Shown: positions 35,240 through 49,889 of the stretch, piece after piece
Numbering within the stretch: the stretch's first letter is position 1
How the letters are laid out: each line of letters begins with the position of its first letter
Source: Neoechinorhynchus agilis
Taxonomy: Eukaryota; Animalia; Acanthocephala
NCBI GenBank assembly: GCA_051530055.1
Contig: CM121342.1
Coordinates: 12,229,480-12,293,479 of the forward strand
Length of the DNA: 64,000 nt
Direction of reading: 5' to 3'
Notes under the pieces: model-generated
What the model saw: the letters and a program-made list of their open reading frames with translations, nothing else
What the model was told of the DNA's origin: nothing
The model's database searches: none
Translations under genes and position numbers: made by a program

Positions 35240-36213
35240 ATTTTCCCTTCCTCTTAGAACGACACACGAACAATCTGAGTACGCGCAAACATACGCGAGG
35301 CAACACTCGTGAATCGCGTTTGACAAACAGAACGTTCAATGATGATCCATAGATGGAAACTAGAGTCAAAAGGACCACTGTAAAAGCGGAATAAAAGGTC
35401 GTCTTTCGATGCTTAAACACGATAGAGCTTATTTGTCGCCGTGAAACGTCTAGTTAGAATCTCGTTTAGTGATAATAAGAGCGCCAGTTGAACATTTCAA
35501 AGACTGGGCGATAGGGCTAGAGCAAATGGAATGTATCCATTTAATTTCGTTAAGAAATAAACCCATTACACAGTTAAAATGATGTCTTGGGACCTAAACC
35601 TCACTAAGTAATTAAAATATTCCATTATGAATCGCAAGCATGGTTAAGTACCAAAATTTATAAGCTGGATATGACTTTTCCGATCTTTATCTTTAACTAA
35701 GATGAATAGTATCATGGAATTCATATATTTATCAATAAACAAAAATATGAATATTGACATAATGGTTCGCATAACGAAACATTTTTGAACCCCAATGTCC
35801 GCATTGTTGATGTGGACAGAACTAAAGCATTCTTTAAAATTCTCTTCAGTCCTTCACAGACTGAACCACAATCTTCCTTATTTCACATGTTGGCGTGGAG
35901 GAATTTGATTATATCGGGTTCTTTTAAATGAATTTAATAGATTTCTATCGCTTTTGTTTGCAAAGTCCACCATGTGCGAAATTGAATTATACACGAAATT
36001 ACGCCATGCCATTGAAGACTTAAATTTAACTGGATAAATTAAAGTTGATTCCTACTGTTCTGTATACCGCCAACGATTGCCAACTACGAATACAAAACAT
36101 TGGAGACTTATTTTTACTGTTTGAGGAATGAAATCATAAACTGCCTCAGATGGCATCCACGGTATGCGCCGTCAGCAACGCGCTGTTTCCTGTACTTCGT
36201 TTTCATCGTAATC

Positions 36214-36899
36214 TCACAAAAAGGCAATCTTTATTTTTTCCTTTTGCTTCGATCTCAACTTGTGTCGCTTTTCCTTCATTCTCCTGTTTTGGAACCAAAT
36301 CTTTACCTGCCGTTCGGATAAATGAATTTCATTTGCCAATTCGCTTCGTCGTTGACGATCAAGATATTTGCAAAAGCAGTACTCTTTTTCTAACTCGAAA
36401 ATCTGAATTTTGTTATACACCTGACGCCTTTTCTTTATCGAAGAAGTTCCTAGAAAGCGAAAAAAAGTTATGAGCATAGGACTGAGCACAAACCAAGGAT
36501 CCAGTCATAAGAAACTCTCATTTTGCTAGATATCTCCGACTTTCTACATACTTCATTTTCCTGAATGTGTGACAAAGATTCAACCAAATTAGTTATTTCT
36601 TGATCACATATATTGGAATTTTCCGAAATTAAGTGCTCGGTGGTGAAGCATTCACTCCAGGAATTTCCAACTGGTTGAGAGCAAAGCATTATGTGTGAAG
36701 TACCGTATAATTTATCACACATATTTTCTGGCATCGCTGAGTGTTCATTATAGTTTTCTGGAGCTTGGTAATCATTTGCGTTGTATTGAGGAACTAGCGG
36801 AGAAAGTTGAGGTAGGAGATTACCAAAGAGGTAATCATGATCGTATGAATTATCCATGTAATCATCAGATGGTGCCTTAAATGCATCGGATAAATCCAT
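36214..36899 (-). CDS. Posterior-class (Abd-B/Post-like) Hox homeodomain protein; exons 36899-36494 and 36449-36214
   Basis: A 44-bp GT-AG intron gives [67 protein letters not shown]; upstream Trp, KKR N-arm and [14 protein letters not shown] are posterior Hox traits. Confidence 0.85.
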
Positions 36900-37213
36900 A
36901 TTTTTAGGCGAAAATGTGGCAGCTTGGCATGACTAGCAATCTCGTAGCAAACTACCAGCAGTTAAACTTTTAACTCATGGAGTCAGCTGTTGACAGAAAC
37001 GGAATAAACGGTATTTTTGTGTGAAGGTTTACCGTCCAATATTCAATTAAAGCGACTAATCAGTGGAGTGACGCTTACTACTTGAATTTAGCGAACGATC
37101 CCTTTTCAGGACTAATTGAAGGTTCATGGTAAAGTAGGAACTACGACGAATGGTGGAAAACAACAATGATATAATAAATTATATTTAGAGAGCTTCGATT
37201 TTAAATAAATCTT

Positions 37214-37239
37214 ATAATAATAACACGTTTTATTTGTTG
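37214..37239 (-). mobile_element. Tail-only remnant of the L2/Crack-like LINE
   Basis: Minus strand reads CAACAAATAAAACGTGTTATTATTAT, matching the tails at ~4760 and ~41935. Confidence 0.5.
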
Positions 37240-37466
37240 ATTCACAAAGAAGAGAATTTAAAGTCATTTTTTAAAAACGAATAATAATTAATTATATGTT
37301 TTAGAACCGAAACTATGGTTGTATTTGAAATCTCAAATCTAAATCAATTTTTAGTCGCTTTGCAAATACAGCTGCAATAAAATTTATGTCTACTTCCGAA
37401 TTTCGTGAACTTTCTTCATGAATATGAATAAATGCGGAGAACTGTGATTTAAATTAAATTTGAGAT

Positions 37467-38167
37467 ATGAAAATCACAAAAACTTCTAATATTCAACAAA
37501 TGCCACCTCTTTTCAGCGACAGTAATTGTTCGTCCAACGTAACCATGGGAACTATCTATTTGGGAGCAAAAGGTTTAATTTCGGACAACATTCGAATCAT
37601 GGAAGTCAGAACAGAGGTGAAATTAAAATGCTTTTTGCTTTTTACTTAAATAGACTCCGTTTTTCGACTATTTAGCGTGTAATAGAAACCTATACTTATT
37701 TCCATGAGTCTCATGAAATCCTATCCGAATTAAACGGAGCGAATTTCGAACAGACTCCAATCGAAGAAAACGGCGATTCTTACAATATTCACGTTTCAAC
37801 AATTGATCATTTTCTGAATCATCTTGGATGGCGTCCATGTATTCTAAAAGTCATACGTCGAGTCCGGGGCCGTAAATGCTTAGTCGTAGAATCCAAAATG
37901 CAATTGGAGCGCTTACCGAAGCCTCTGAAGTTTAAAGGCAGATATTGCGCGATTGTAAATCCTTGGATGATGATAAATAATAAGGTTATTTTGAGCATAA
38001 TTAGAAGATGTAGATGTCGGTGCGTAATGGAACTCGTTCCGGTTTTTATTGATGGTAATATAAAATTTTATTTGAAAAGACATGAGACTCTTTCGTCAGC
38101 CGATATATTTATTGGTGATTCAAAATTTGACCAGTGCCCTGTTCACGGAATTGATGAGGGAAAGTAA
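37467..38167 (+). CDS. Hypothetical protein, two predicted exons (37467-37616, 37676-38167)
   Basis: A 59-bp phase-0 GT-AG intron joins the ATG ORF to a 163-codon open frame; no family recognised. Confidence 0.45.
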
Positions 38168-38340
38168 ATTTGACGATAGTTCTAATGTTCATCATTATTT
38201 TAAAATAATAAACGGTGATAAAGCGATGAAAACAGTGATCCGAATGTTGCGCCATTACAATTTAAGCTTCACATTTATTGTTCTTAGATCTACAAATCAA
38301 AACGGTTAAATCCAGTTGTGCGTAAAATTTTAGCACACTT

Positions 38341-39276
38341 CTACTTTTTCCCCTTTCGTACTTTTCTCCTAAATTTCGATTTCCTTTCTTCATATCCGAG
38401 AACCAATCTCTCAACAGTCTGTATAGCTTCCACTCGGTTTATTTCATCATCTTCTTCTTCCTTCAACCGATTTGCGATTTCCTGCAAATTTGCCTTTAGT
38501 TCGTCCAAAGCATTGACACACATTTGCAGCCCGTCTTCGTCCTTCTTAGCCATATACAGTTCGTATTTTACCTCAAATAAATCCTTCATTTCTTTTCGTT
38601 CAAGCTCACGAATTTCACCCAACAGCACACAGAGCTTCTCTTCGATCTTTTTCTTATTATGATATCCATCTGCGACGTAACGGCAGTGTTGCTCAAATAT
38701 GCGCTTATTTAGACGTTCCATCCTCAAATATTCATCAATAGATTTCTCGTGTTCATCAACAAGTTCGAGCAAATTCTCAAAATCCGATCTAATTGCCTTT
38801 CCGAATATTTGTGCGCGATCCGAATCTTGTAATTCCGAGCCTTCGAAAAATGCTTTTAATAAATTTACTCGCTCGACCAATCGTGTGGTTCTATCAAGTG
38901 ATTCTAATGCTTCATTCGGTATTGTCTTGGATTTACGATTTTTTATACGACGTTGAGAGGTTAAGTCACCTTCTAATTCTTGAGCACATTTCACAAGCAT
39001 CCTAACAATATTGCGATGGGTCATTCCGGTCGATATGGAGCTATCAATTGTTCGCATCATCAACAAACTCTTATCCTCCATTATATCAAACTGATTATCG
39101 GTCTCTAATAAGCTGTCAAATGAAATACTACCTATTTTAATCATTTCATCCAATATTTGCCCAGTTGAGAAAGGGATTTTTTGGTGACCATGGTGATCAG
39201 GTTCGCTTTTAGATGCATTCTCAATATCCGTGATGTTGGGATCTTCCACGGCTACTGTTTCTGTGGTTAAATCCAC
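38341..39276 (-). CDS. Hypothetical helical/coiled-coil protein (large exon; upstream exon possibly 39425-39661)
   Basis: 311-codon stop-free frame in AT-rich DNA, rich in Glu/Lys/Leu heptads. Confidence 0.65.
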   Translation of the reverse strand: MDLTTETVAVEDPNITDIENASKSEPDHHGHQKIPFSTGQILDEMIKIGSISFDSLLETDNQFDIMEDKSLLMMRTIDSSISTGMTHRNIVRMLVKCAQELEGDLTSQRRIKNRKSKTIPNEALESLDRTTRLVERVNLLKAFFEGSELQDSDRAQIFGKAIRSDFENLLELVDEHEKSIDEYLRMERLNKRIFEQHCRYVADGYHNKKKIEEKLCVLLGEIRELERKEMKDLFEVKYELYMAKKDEDGLQMCVNALDELKANLQEIANRLKEEEDDEINRVEAIQTVERLVLGYEERKSKFRRKVRKGKK

Positions 39277-40329
39277 AAGAGTGTTCCATCTTATACGAAT
39301 TTGCTCACAAAATCCTTCGAGGATACGTTATCAGTGTTCGACCAATACGAAATCCTCATTTGATCTGAATTTTATTTAGGCACTTTCATGGTATAAAATC
39401 GCATTGGGCATTTAAAACAATCGACTATGAATGAAATATTAAACGAGAAACATATAAGAAACATTCGGGTTTTGTTTTTACTGGACACTGCGTGTTGTTG
39501 TAACGGCAAAGAAAAACAAAATCTTTATTTCCGAGCTGTCGCCATCTTACGGCTTCCTTAGGGGCGAATAAAACACCCAAATAATATTCGAGGAAGCTAT
39601 TAGACGGCATTTCTTTTTCTTTATCTTTACAACAGCCCGCCAAGTGTTCATTTAGAAGCAAAACGTGATCAATCGTGCGACTAGAAAATCGAGTAGCATT
39701 TCACACGATAAAAAACATTGCAAAATATTTGATAAATAATAATAATCCTTTTAAAAGTCTTGCATTCTAAATAATCGCATTCGGAGACCCACCTCTAACC
39801 TAGAATCGAACACTGATCTCACTTAGATGGATTTTGGACAATACTTTGAAGTAATATTAGTTTTCGCCAAGTGTCACGAATAAGTTTTGAAGCCACACAA
39901 AGTTGGTTCTGCTTCGCAAAGGGTGTCAAATAAGTGCTCAAAGTGAATTCATCACGATCACTTGCCATTGTCATTAATGACGGATCCGCTCATATCAATT
40001 TGTACATAGTCATGGTTACCGACATTTAAAGAGCCAATATAAGAATAAAGGCACAAAACCAGTCATCTCTTCAGGTATCGTGCCTAACTAAATATTGATT
40101 TCCAGTTACATACAAATAACCTTCTCTGCCCAATAAAGGATAGTTGCCATAGTTCTCTATGCTCAATGGTGAACCAAAAATCACACCCACCAACCATAGA
40201 ATTCGAACAAAAAGCGTTTATTAATTATCGCCCTACAATTCGGATTCTGGTCCAAATTTTCTGTAATCGATACCCTATTTTGCATTTACGAAACGCTCCG
40301 ACCTCGACAATAATCCCTCCCATGCCACC

Positions 40330-41950
<1,621 letters not shown>

Positions 41951-42356
41951 TGTCGATATGTGAGGTAACGGGGAATGTGATTGGAATTATTATTTTGGTC
42001 TATACCCAGTAAATAACTATTTCTTAAAGACGCTAAGAACATCGTAGGGTTCATCATCAGTTTGTTTGTTTGTGCGTCTAAATGCCGGATATCATTCCCA
42101 GGCAAAAGCAAGTGCTTCACAACCCTGTTCGTGCAATCGTTTCCAGTGGGAATTTTCTACAATTTCTGTCCAAAAAGCAACGGTCGTAACATGTGAACCT
42201 GCACGATGATTCTTCAAGTTCACAAATGGGGTTTTTTCGCCATGAAGCACAAGCATTTTCAAATTAAAAAACCGTAGTATATCGCGAAATAAAGCGAGTA
42301 GATCGTTATTATATGAAAACTCAAATATCCGCCAATTTTTACTCATTTAGACAATA

Positions 42357-43294
42357 CAGTGGATTCCGCTTAATTGGGACACCACTTAATCGGGACAGCC
42401 GCTTATTTGGGACAAATCTCAAAGAACGGAAACCAAACCAAGAAACCAATAGTAAATTTGTATATTTAATTGGGGCAAAATTCCGCTTAATTGGGAGAGT
42501 AAATTTAAGATTTTAGTACAGTAGAGTATCTATTAACTGATTTTGTTTTTACTGAGTTTTGGTTTAACCGAGCCGCTGCAGCGGAAAAACAAACACAACC
42601 CCCTCCTAAATCCCGGGAAAGCCAGAAAGACGGCTCCTTTCTGAACCCGACTCCCACGTTTCGTAAAGCCGTGGCGGCCTCATATCCACATTTGCAATCT
42701 TTTACATCCGAGCCGGTGCAGCGGACATTCGATTACCAATCACCTCCCGCGTGAACAACGCGTGAAGCTATTTTTTGTCAATTGTATTTTAAAAAAAATT
42801 TACTATTTCTAAAGTGCCAAGGAACGATTTGTCACTTACCAATAAAATTGCCTTGCTTGATAAAATAAAAAGCCAGCCGCTTAATACAAGTTATCGTCGG
42901 CTCGCTGAGATAACTGGTGTACCAAAATCTACTATATCGCGTGTCTTACGACAAGAAAGTCAACTGCGTAAGGAATTCGAATTACAAGAAGGACAGGCAG
43001 GGATATCCAAAAGAAAACGTGAGGGGAAGGATCCAGACGTTGAAGAAGCACTGGATCAATGGTTTTCTATTGTTATATTTTATTAAGGATTTTTTTAGAG
43101 TTTCCTAGAGTTTATAAAATAAAATTATTGAAAAATATGCATTGTTTAATTTTGTGTGTTACTGGTTAATGACCTTGTTCCCAAAACCAATCAAATTAAT
43201 TTCTTTAAAAGTGAACTTCGCTTAATCGGGACATCCGCTTAATTGGGACAAAAAGCCTCGGTCCCGATGTGTCCCAATTAAGCGGAATCGACTG
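42357..43294 (+). mobile_element. Non-autonomous pogo/Tigger-type DNA transposon
   Basis: 25-bp TIRs CAGTGGATTCCGCTTAATTGGGACA / TGTCCCAATTAAGCGGAATCGACTG, TA TSD, repeated subterminal CTTAATYGGGAC boxes, and a CENP-B-like HTH fragment at 42814-43075 with no DDE domain. Confidence 0.92.
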
Positions 43295-44844
43295 TATATC
43301 CATATCACGAATTCAAGATTCGTTCAATTCTAACTTGTTCCAGAAAAGTTCCTAAGAAATGCGCAGTGTTCGAATATCGTTGCCGTTTCTTAATTGATAA
43401 AAACATTCGTCGTATTCTTGTCGTTGGATATAACAAGTGATCTGTGGCTCAGAAAGTGATTGTACATCCATATTAAAAAGTTTGGTTATGCTATTTATTG
43501 CCAAATCAATATCACTTAAATAGCCGAATCCTGCTAGCACATATCTAAAATACGTAGCCTTTTAAATACTCTAACTTCTTCATCACGGATTTGCTAAATT
43601 ATTTTTTCGCGATTGAAAAAGTTACTTATTATGCAAACCGCAGAATAATACTTAGCTTGCGAAACAACCTTGATAAGCGCCTACAAGATTGTGCCGAAAT
43701 ATTGGAATCAATAAATTATTTTCATTTTCACGCCAGACACAAAACATGACGAATTCAATCTTCAAACAATAATTCTTAGATTTTTCGGGATAGTATCATA
43801 AGATAAACCATCAATTTCAATCCTACTTCGATTAAGCTTGTTTCGTGTTAATAAAATGAACGCCGCATTGCGTATTAACGATATGTTTATCTTGTAAAAT
43901 AATTGAGCTCATAGAGCGTTAGTGCGAGGGTGCCTTATATTCAGCAAAAGAAGATTCACTCGAAATCGTGCTATTCTTTTATCCACGATGGTGATATAAG
44001 TGAGTAGCTGTAGACTATTTAGATTAACTTTAAGGGGTTTCTTCACGGAAACTCGATGCATCTGCCCTACCATTAACAAATATACCTCAATATTTCATTG
44101 CCTTGAAACTTGTGTTTATTATTGATGAAATCTGGATCATCCTTAAATTACCAGGCGTACGCAAAAGCGATTCTTTTTACAATGACGACTTGAATCACGC
44201 TCACTGATTTCTTAAATTAACTTAGTTCACTAAACACACTGCATTGATCTGAGGTCAAAACAATTATCAGTGATAGAATTGAGTCGTATAAAACTGTTCG
44301 CTCGAAGTGTGGAATTCAGGTTTGTATCGAAAATCTCAAGGTGTCAATTAGCCTTAATTGCGTCAACGAATACAGACGGCGTGGAACTTTTACTATCATT
44401 TAGATATTGGGCTTCTTCATCGATAAGAGTACATTGGGAAAAGGATCGCGGTTTTCGTTCAACGCATATATTTTGCCAATTAACTTGGCCCAAATCAAAA
44501 CGGTATACCAACAAATAGAAGCAGCCTTGCTTTACTTATTTCGAATTTATGTTCACTAGCACATAAAGCCTTGAAAGATTTCGAAAACGCACAAATCGAG
44601 TCGCGTTTGTGTTGCGACTTTCAGTAGCCCATTTAGCATTTGCCCGTTGCTCGCTCACTAAGGTTAAAAATGTGAGGACTAATGTCAAAACCGTTGACAG
44701 CTAGGTATCATTCATATTTTTTTAGACTGTATACCCTAGTATGTTGATACATTTGGTTAGACAAAACGGTGTGGGTATAAGAAGACAGAGCATACAACCT
44801 AGAGTTTGTGATTTTTCTCGTGGGATCTTTTCATAAAAAACACA

Positions 44845-45323
44845 ATGAGTACCTATCTACTTTGTGTTATTGGTGAGACTGCTTCTTTTTACTCATCATA
44901 TCAACTCTTCAAGTAGTTATTGGAACTCTTATTTGGAATGGTCGAGCCATAATACAACGTGACGGAGAAATTGATGAGAACGACGGGAATCTTCGATTTC
45001 CTGATGATGAATACGATTTGTATGATAATTCCGAAAAGCATCGTCCGATAACTATACACGTACCAGCTACAATCATATCGAAGAAAATAAAGCATCGAGA
45101 AGTCGATGAGCATTACGAAGAACGTACGAGAAACAAACGGGGATTTTATCCTACTACTGAATTCAAACCATTGTATGAGCAAAAAGAGTTACAAAGACGG
45201 GAATTGGAGTATCTTGAGCTAGTTCATTTTCGAGGAGCAGAGCGCGACAGCCGCTATAATAGATTGTCATATGGTAGCCACATCGTCAGCGGGATGACAA
45301 CAAAACTTGTATCGGAATTTTAA
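44845..45323 (+). CDS. Predicted secreted prepropeptide (~145 aa); exons 44845-44872 and 44914-45323
   Basis: A 41-bp GT-AG intron gives MSTYLLCVIVVIGTLIWNGRA (signal-like), an acidic segment, then RNKR and RR basic sites. Confidence 0.55.
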
Positions 45324-47519
45324 AGAAGTTCCATTTTATTTATCATATTAAAACAAATAATTTTCATTGTCGTCAAATGCAGGAAACTTTATTTCGCCAT
45401 GTTAAAAACCTAAGAAAAATTCGTATAAAAACAAACGAATCCTTTCCCATTTTCAGCAGAAATTTTAAGTTACTACGATAAGACTAAGCTCCAAATTAAT
45501 CTTCTTCGAAGACGGCAAGAACAGATTCTTTGATGTCTAATATAATTTATTAGTAAAATTCCATTTGGGATCGAAATGAAAATAAATTAAGAGTGTTTAA
45601 AATTGCTAATTTTAAGCTCAGCAGGAGACTTATGAAATTCCCGGAGAAAACGATTTAAATGAGCAAAATTACTGCATATTGCATATAGCTATTCATTTTT
45701 TAAATAAAAGAATCCGTAGCTGAAGTTCGTAGAAAACGATATAATCGATTTCATGTATCTTGTACAATACCATAAAATGTTTTGGATTGTGCCACGACAA
45801 GGAACATCGATAACCACGATCGATATAATATTTTTTAAGGCCGATATGTTATTATTACATAGGCCTCCGCGCTTTTTTAACCGAAATTTCTAGCACAGAT
45901 ATTGCTTTCTTGCAGGAAACCAAGTCCCTCTATTCATTAAATGATCTCCCACACTTCATGAATTCTTTAAATGATAATTCCGCGATTTTTTTTATTATGC
46001 CCCCTGTCACTATTACGACACAAGGGATTTTATCGCCTTTCAGAGTGAATCTCAATCCCCGACACATCTATCATTTCATCTTATCCCACCTCTTATACGA
46101 TTTGTTTTCGATCTCATGCTGCGGAGGGAATATTTTGGCTTGCAATATCCACATTCGACCTCATAAAGTTCATTTACAACGAACGAATTAGCTTATGCGA
46201 AAAATCTTTAGAATTCAGGAGTAGATTTCGCCTTCAAGGACTTAATTAATGATTCACAAAATTTATCGATAGCTGTAATCATTTCTACTGACTCAATCGA
46301 GAGTATTTCACCTCCATAACCCACTTTCTCAGGAGATTATGTTGGCTCAGGTCTTTGGCTTTAACCCAATCAATGATTTATCTTTGCATGGAACATGATC
46401 TGATTATGTAGAACGTCGAGCGCGCCTGTTAAACGTCAATATCCTTAATCTAGTCATCAGGTTTTTCTATCTACAGAATGACATCGATCGTTTAGTAGAA
46501 TTGAATGAGTTTCTAGCCCCTTATGCGACTGATTTCTTACTACAGTGACGGATACTGTTGGCTCAAACTTTTTTTACTGTGTGGAAGGCAAGTGATCAAG
46601 ACCTAGAAAATGGGAGAATCTGTACTATGTAATTTCTGGGCAGAGTTTGTACTGTGTGAGCTCGTGAAATTCATCGTAAATTTTGCAACACAATTGCATC
46701 GATCTCAGATGGGCAGAGAAATTATTTCCATCTATCGTAGGGACACCAAATCGATGAATATCTTTATTGCTCTGGACATCTTAATAGCTTTTGGTAACAT
46801 TAGCATTGACTTTGTTATAAAGATTTTCCAATTTTTTAATTTCCTCCGCAATCTTATAGCGATAGTGGATAATGCTATGAAGTCCAAATTTTCGTTTAGA
46901 TGAGTTCCCAGGGATCTACCAAGATAATGGCACGAACTAATGGATAATTGTGGATTGACAGTCGTAAGCTAGTGATGTTCTCCCAAAACAATATTTTTTT
47001 AGTTAAAATTAATTGATAATCACCGTCAATAATTTCTCAAAGAACACAGTAATAAAACGTTGATATATCCATAAATGTTGCTAATAAAACTGTATCTAGA
47101 ACGAACTGCGCAAAATAAAAAATTAAAACGGCATTGGAGATAGAATCGATAAAATGAGAGGACCTAGTTTGTATAGAATATATATCATGATTAATAAAAA
47201 AAACAGTGTTAGTGAAAGAAGTTATTCCCGCGGAACTCCATATTTAGAGTAGAAAGTTGTGGAAAAAGGGTAAACCTAGTTAATAAAGGATTTTTATTCC
47301 ACAAAAATTTAATCTTGCAAATCATATTTAGAAGCAATTTAAAATGAAATAAAAACTTCTATAAAAATATCTTGTCTAAAGCATCAAATGCTTTGCTTAG
47401 ATCCAGTTGAATTAATAATATATTTACATTCATCTTATCATTCATGGTTACATCTCACATTGTCATAACATAGCAAAGAGATCAACTTGTGGATCTGAAA
47501 ATGTAGTAATAAGAATCTC

Positions 47520-48620
47520 TGGTACATAAAAGATGGGCCTTCACTCGCCATTGAAATCAGAAGTTATAATCAATCTAAACACAGGTTCCTAACAGCTGAT
47601 GTCAATTCGTTATTCACCAATCTCTTCTACCATCCATAAGAATGCCATCGAACCTTCTAAGGGAAAAATGCACTTATTGTCTTACGAATAATGAGTGCAT
47701 CAAACTCATCACATGGTGCACTTCTAAAAATGTCTTTAAATTCAATGGTGAAATTTATGATAAAATTGACGGAGTAGCGATGGGGTATCCCTTAGGACTC
47801 GCATTAGTTTATCACTACATGTCTAATTGATAGAATTACGTGTACTGTAGAATTTCTCACCCGATAAAGTGGTGACGATACGTTGATGAGGTTTTATGCG
47901 TTTTCAAAGCAGACTCTAAATTACTACCACTTGCTCATATATTCAACAATAAAGACAAGTCAATTCAATGGTCCATCTCCTACGAAGACAAAAATAACAC
48001 GATAAATTTCCTCGACGTTTGAGTGAAGGAAACAGGTCGTCAAGTAAGAACTTCCATATACCGGAAACCTGGAATTTGTTGGCAAAACATATCATAAAAG
48101 GCTAACTCGCCTCAAGCCATCAAAATCAGCGCAGCGCGATCTTTATTGCGGAAAGCTTCCAAAGTCTGCAATATTGATCATGCGAGAAACCGTGAGATCA
48201 AGAATATTAAGAACATGTTGAAAAGAAGGCACTACCCTGATTGGGCGATACGACAAGTTTATAAAAAAAGAGCAATGTACCTGAACTAATCGTCCGATAA
48301 AAAACTCAGCAGTAGTATTCATCCGATCTGAATTCAGGTTGATGACGTTTACTCCAATCTATTACGTGGGACACTTGGAAATTCGAAATACCATGTTCGC
48401 TTATATCACAAGAGAACCTGGACTATCACGGGTATCTTTAAACGAAAACCTCAACTAAAAACTAGTTCTCAGGTTGTATACCGCATCCCCTGCAACGACT
48501 GCGAGATGAACTCCGTAGGTGAAACATTGAGCTCTTCAAAGAAACCCGTCTCTGTGAACACAAGTACGCTTTACGATGTGGCGATACGACTTCAACGATT
48601 TTAGATCATGAATACCGGAT
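47520..48620 (+). pseudogene. Decayed PLE of an older related lineage
   Basis: TADVNSLFTN, DGVAMGYPLG, RYVDEV, INFLDV, IYRKPG and VYRIPCNDC, with many stops. Confidence 0.85.
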
Positions 48621-48964
48621 CAAACGTTTAATTGGATTCGATACGACAGGAAGTTTTCGCCAAGGCGCAGAGAAAATTCCATCGACTTATAAAACGAGTC
48701 GATACATATAGAAATGGTCGACACGATGGAAGGGAACAAAGCAAAAACTTTCCTCCAATTACCTGTATTTGACCTAAATGCACCCAGGGAGGTTGGTATT
48801 CGCCTACGGGGTTGACGATCCCGAATTTCCGGGTCAAAACGAGCAATCATATCGTGTGTGACCAATACCTGCCAATTTTTTAGATAGAATAGACAATGAC
48901 TGATACAATCAGTCGAAATATTCATTCGTCTTTGATGATTCCTCTCGTTTGTTGACAAGCGACC

Positions 48965-49640
48965 CAAATAACAACATATCTAACCATATGAATGCAATCC
49001 GCAATATAATAATATTAAAATTAAAATAAGCGAATATGACCCTGAAATTTTTGCATTTCTAGAGTCGGGTCTTACCTCATTAACAAAGTCCGATAACTAT
49101 ATCTCATTTAAACTCCCGCAAGTTGATTAAACAAGGAAACGGATGCGTAGCCTTCTCTGAAGACCTCAAAATCTCCATCAAGATGGTACTCTAACCGGTG
49201 ATTTTATTTGAAATTAAAACGAGGATTTTGTAATTCAAATAATACAATTGAAGTTTTTTTAATGATGCTTGATCTAAACATTTCGTAATTTTATGTAACC
49301 TTTATGTGTGATCTGGAACAGTATGACATTTTTTAAGTGATGGCGGTTGGTTCTTAGCTGGGCGCCCGATATAATAATGGGCGATTTAGCTCAAATTCAT
49401 CACCGATCAAAAACAATGCGCACCAAAGTTTTGGCGGAGGGTGGCAAACGGCCACCCACTTCTCTGAGAATTCCTATACCTCCGGAGGTTCGGAGTAGTA
49501 TTCTCGGAGATATGAAGCGCGACAAACAGCAATTAGTCACTGATTCAGGATCGAATCCCACTTCTCAGCTCCTGTTGGAGGGGTCTCAAATTCAAGAAAT
49601 CCCCCAACAGGTGACATCCTCAATCAAGCTCAACACGAGT
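48965..49640 (+). pseudogene. Possible decayed APE endonuclease fragment of a LINE
   Basis: YDPEIFAFLES and PDIIMGDL resemble APE motifs; heavily disrupted. Confidence 0.4.
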
Positions 49641-49889
49641 ACCTAGTTTTTCCGGTCAAGAGATGGCCACACATACTCATGATCAAATCAAATCCGATAC
49701 TGCCTAAGGATGTGATCTACAACCAAAGCGTCGCTTAATGGACGCGTTCATACCAAAAAAAATGGCATAAAAAGAATTGATCGTATCACTTATTTCGGAG
49801 GCATTCTAAGAGTTTACCTAACGGACAGTGCTTGGTTATCCAACCTAAATGATTTTGCTGAATCTAAGCTTCCTAGAGATGTTTTCTCG

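Noticed and set aside
45900-46920. Short open stretches on both strands (e.g. LRKWGYGGEILSIES)
   Set aside because: Interrupted by stops; no family recognised and no convincing splice model.
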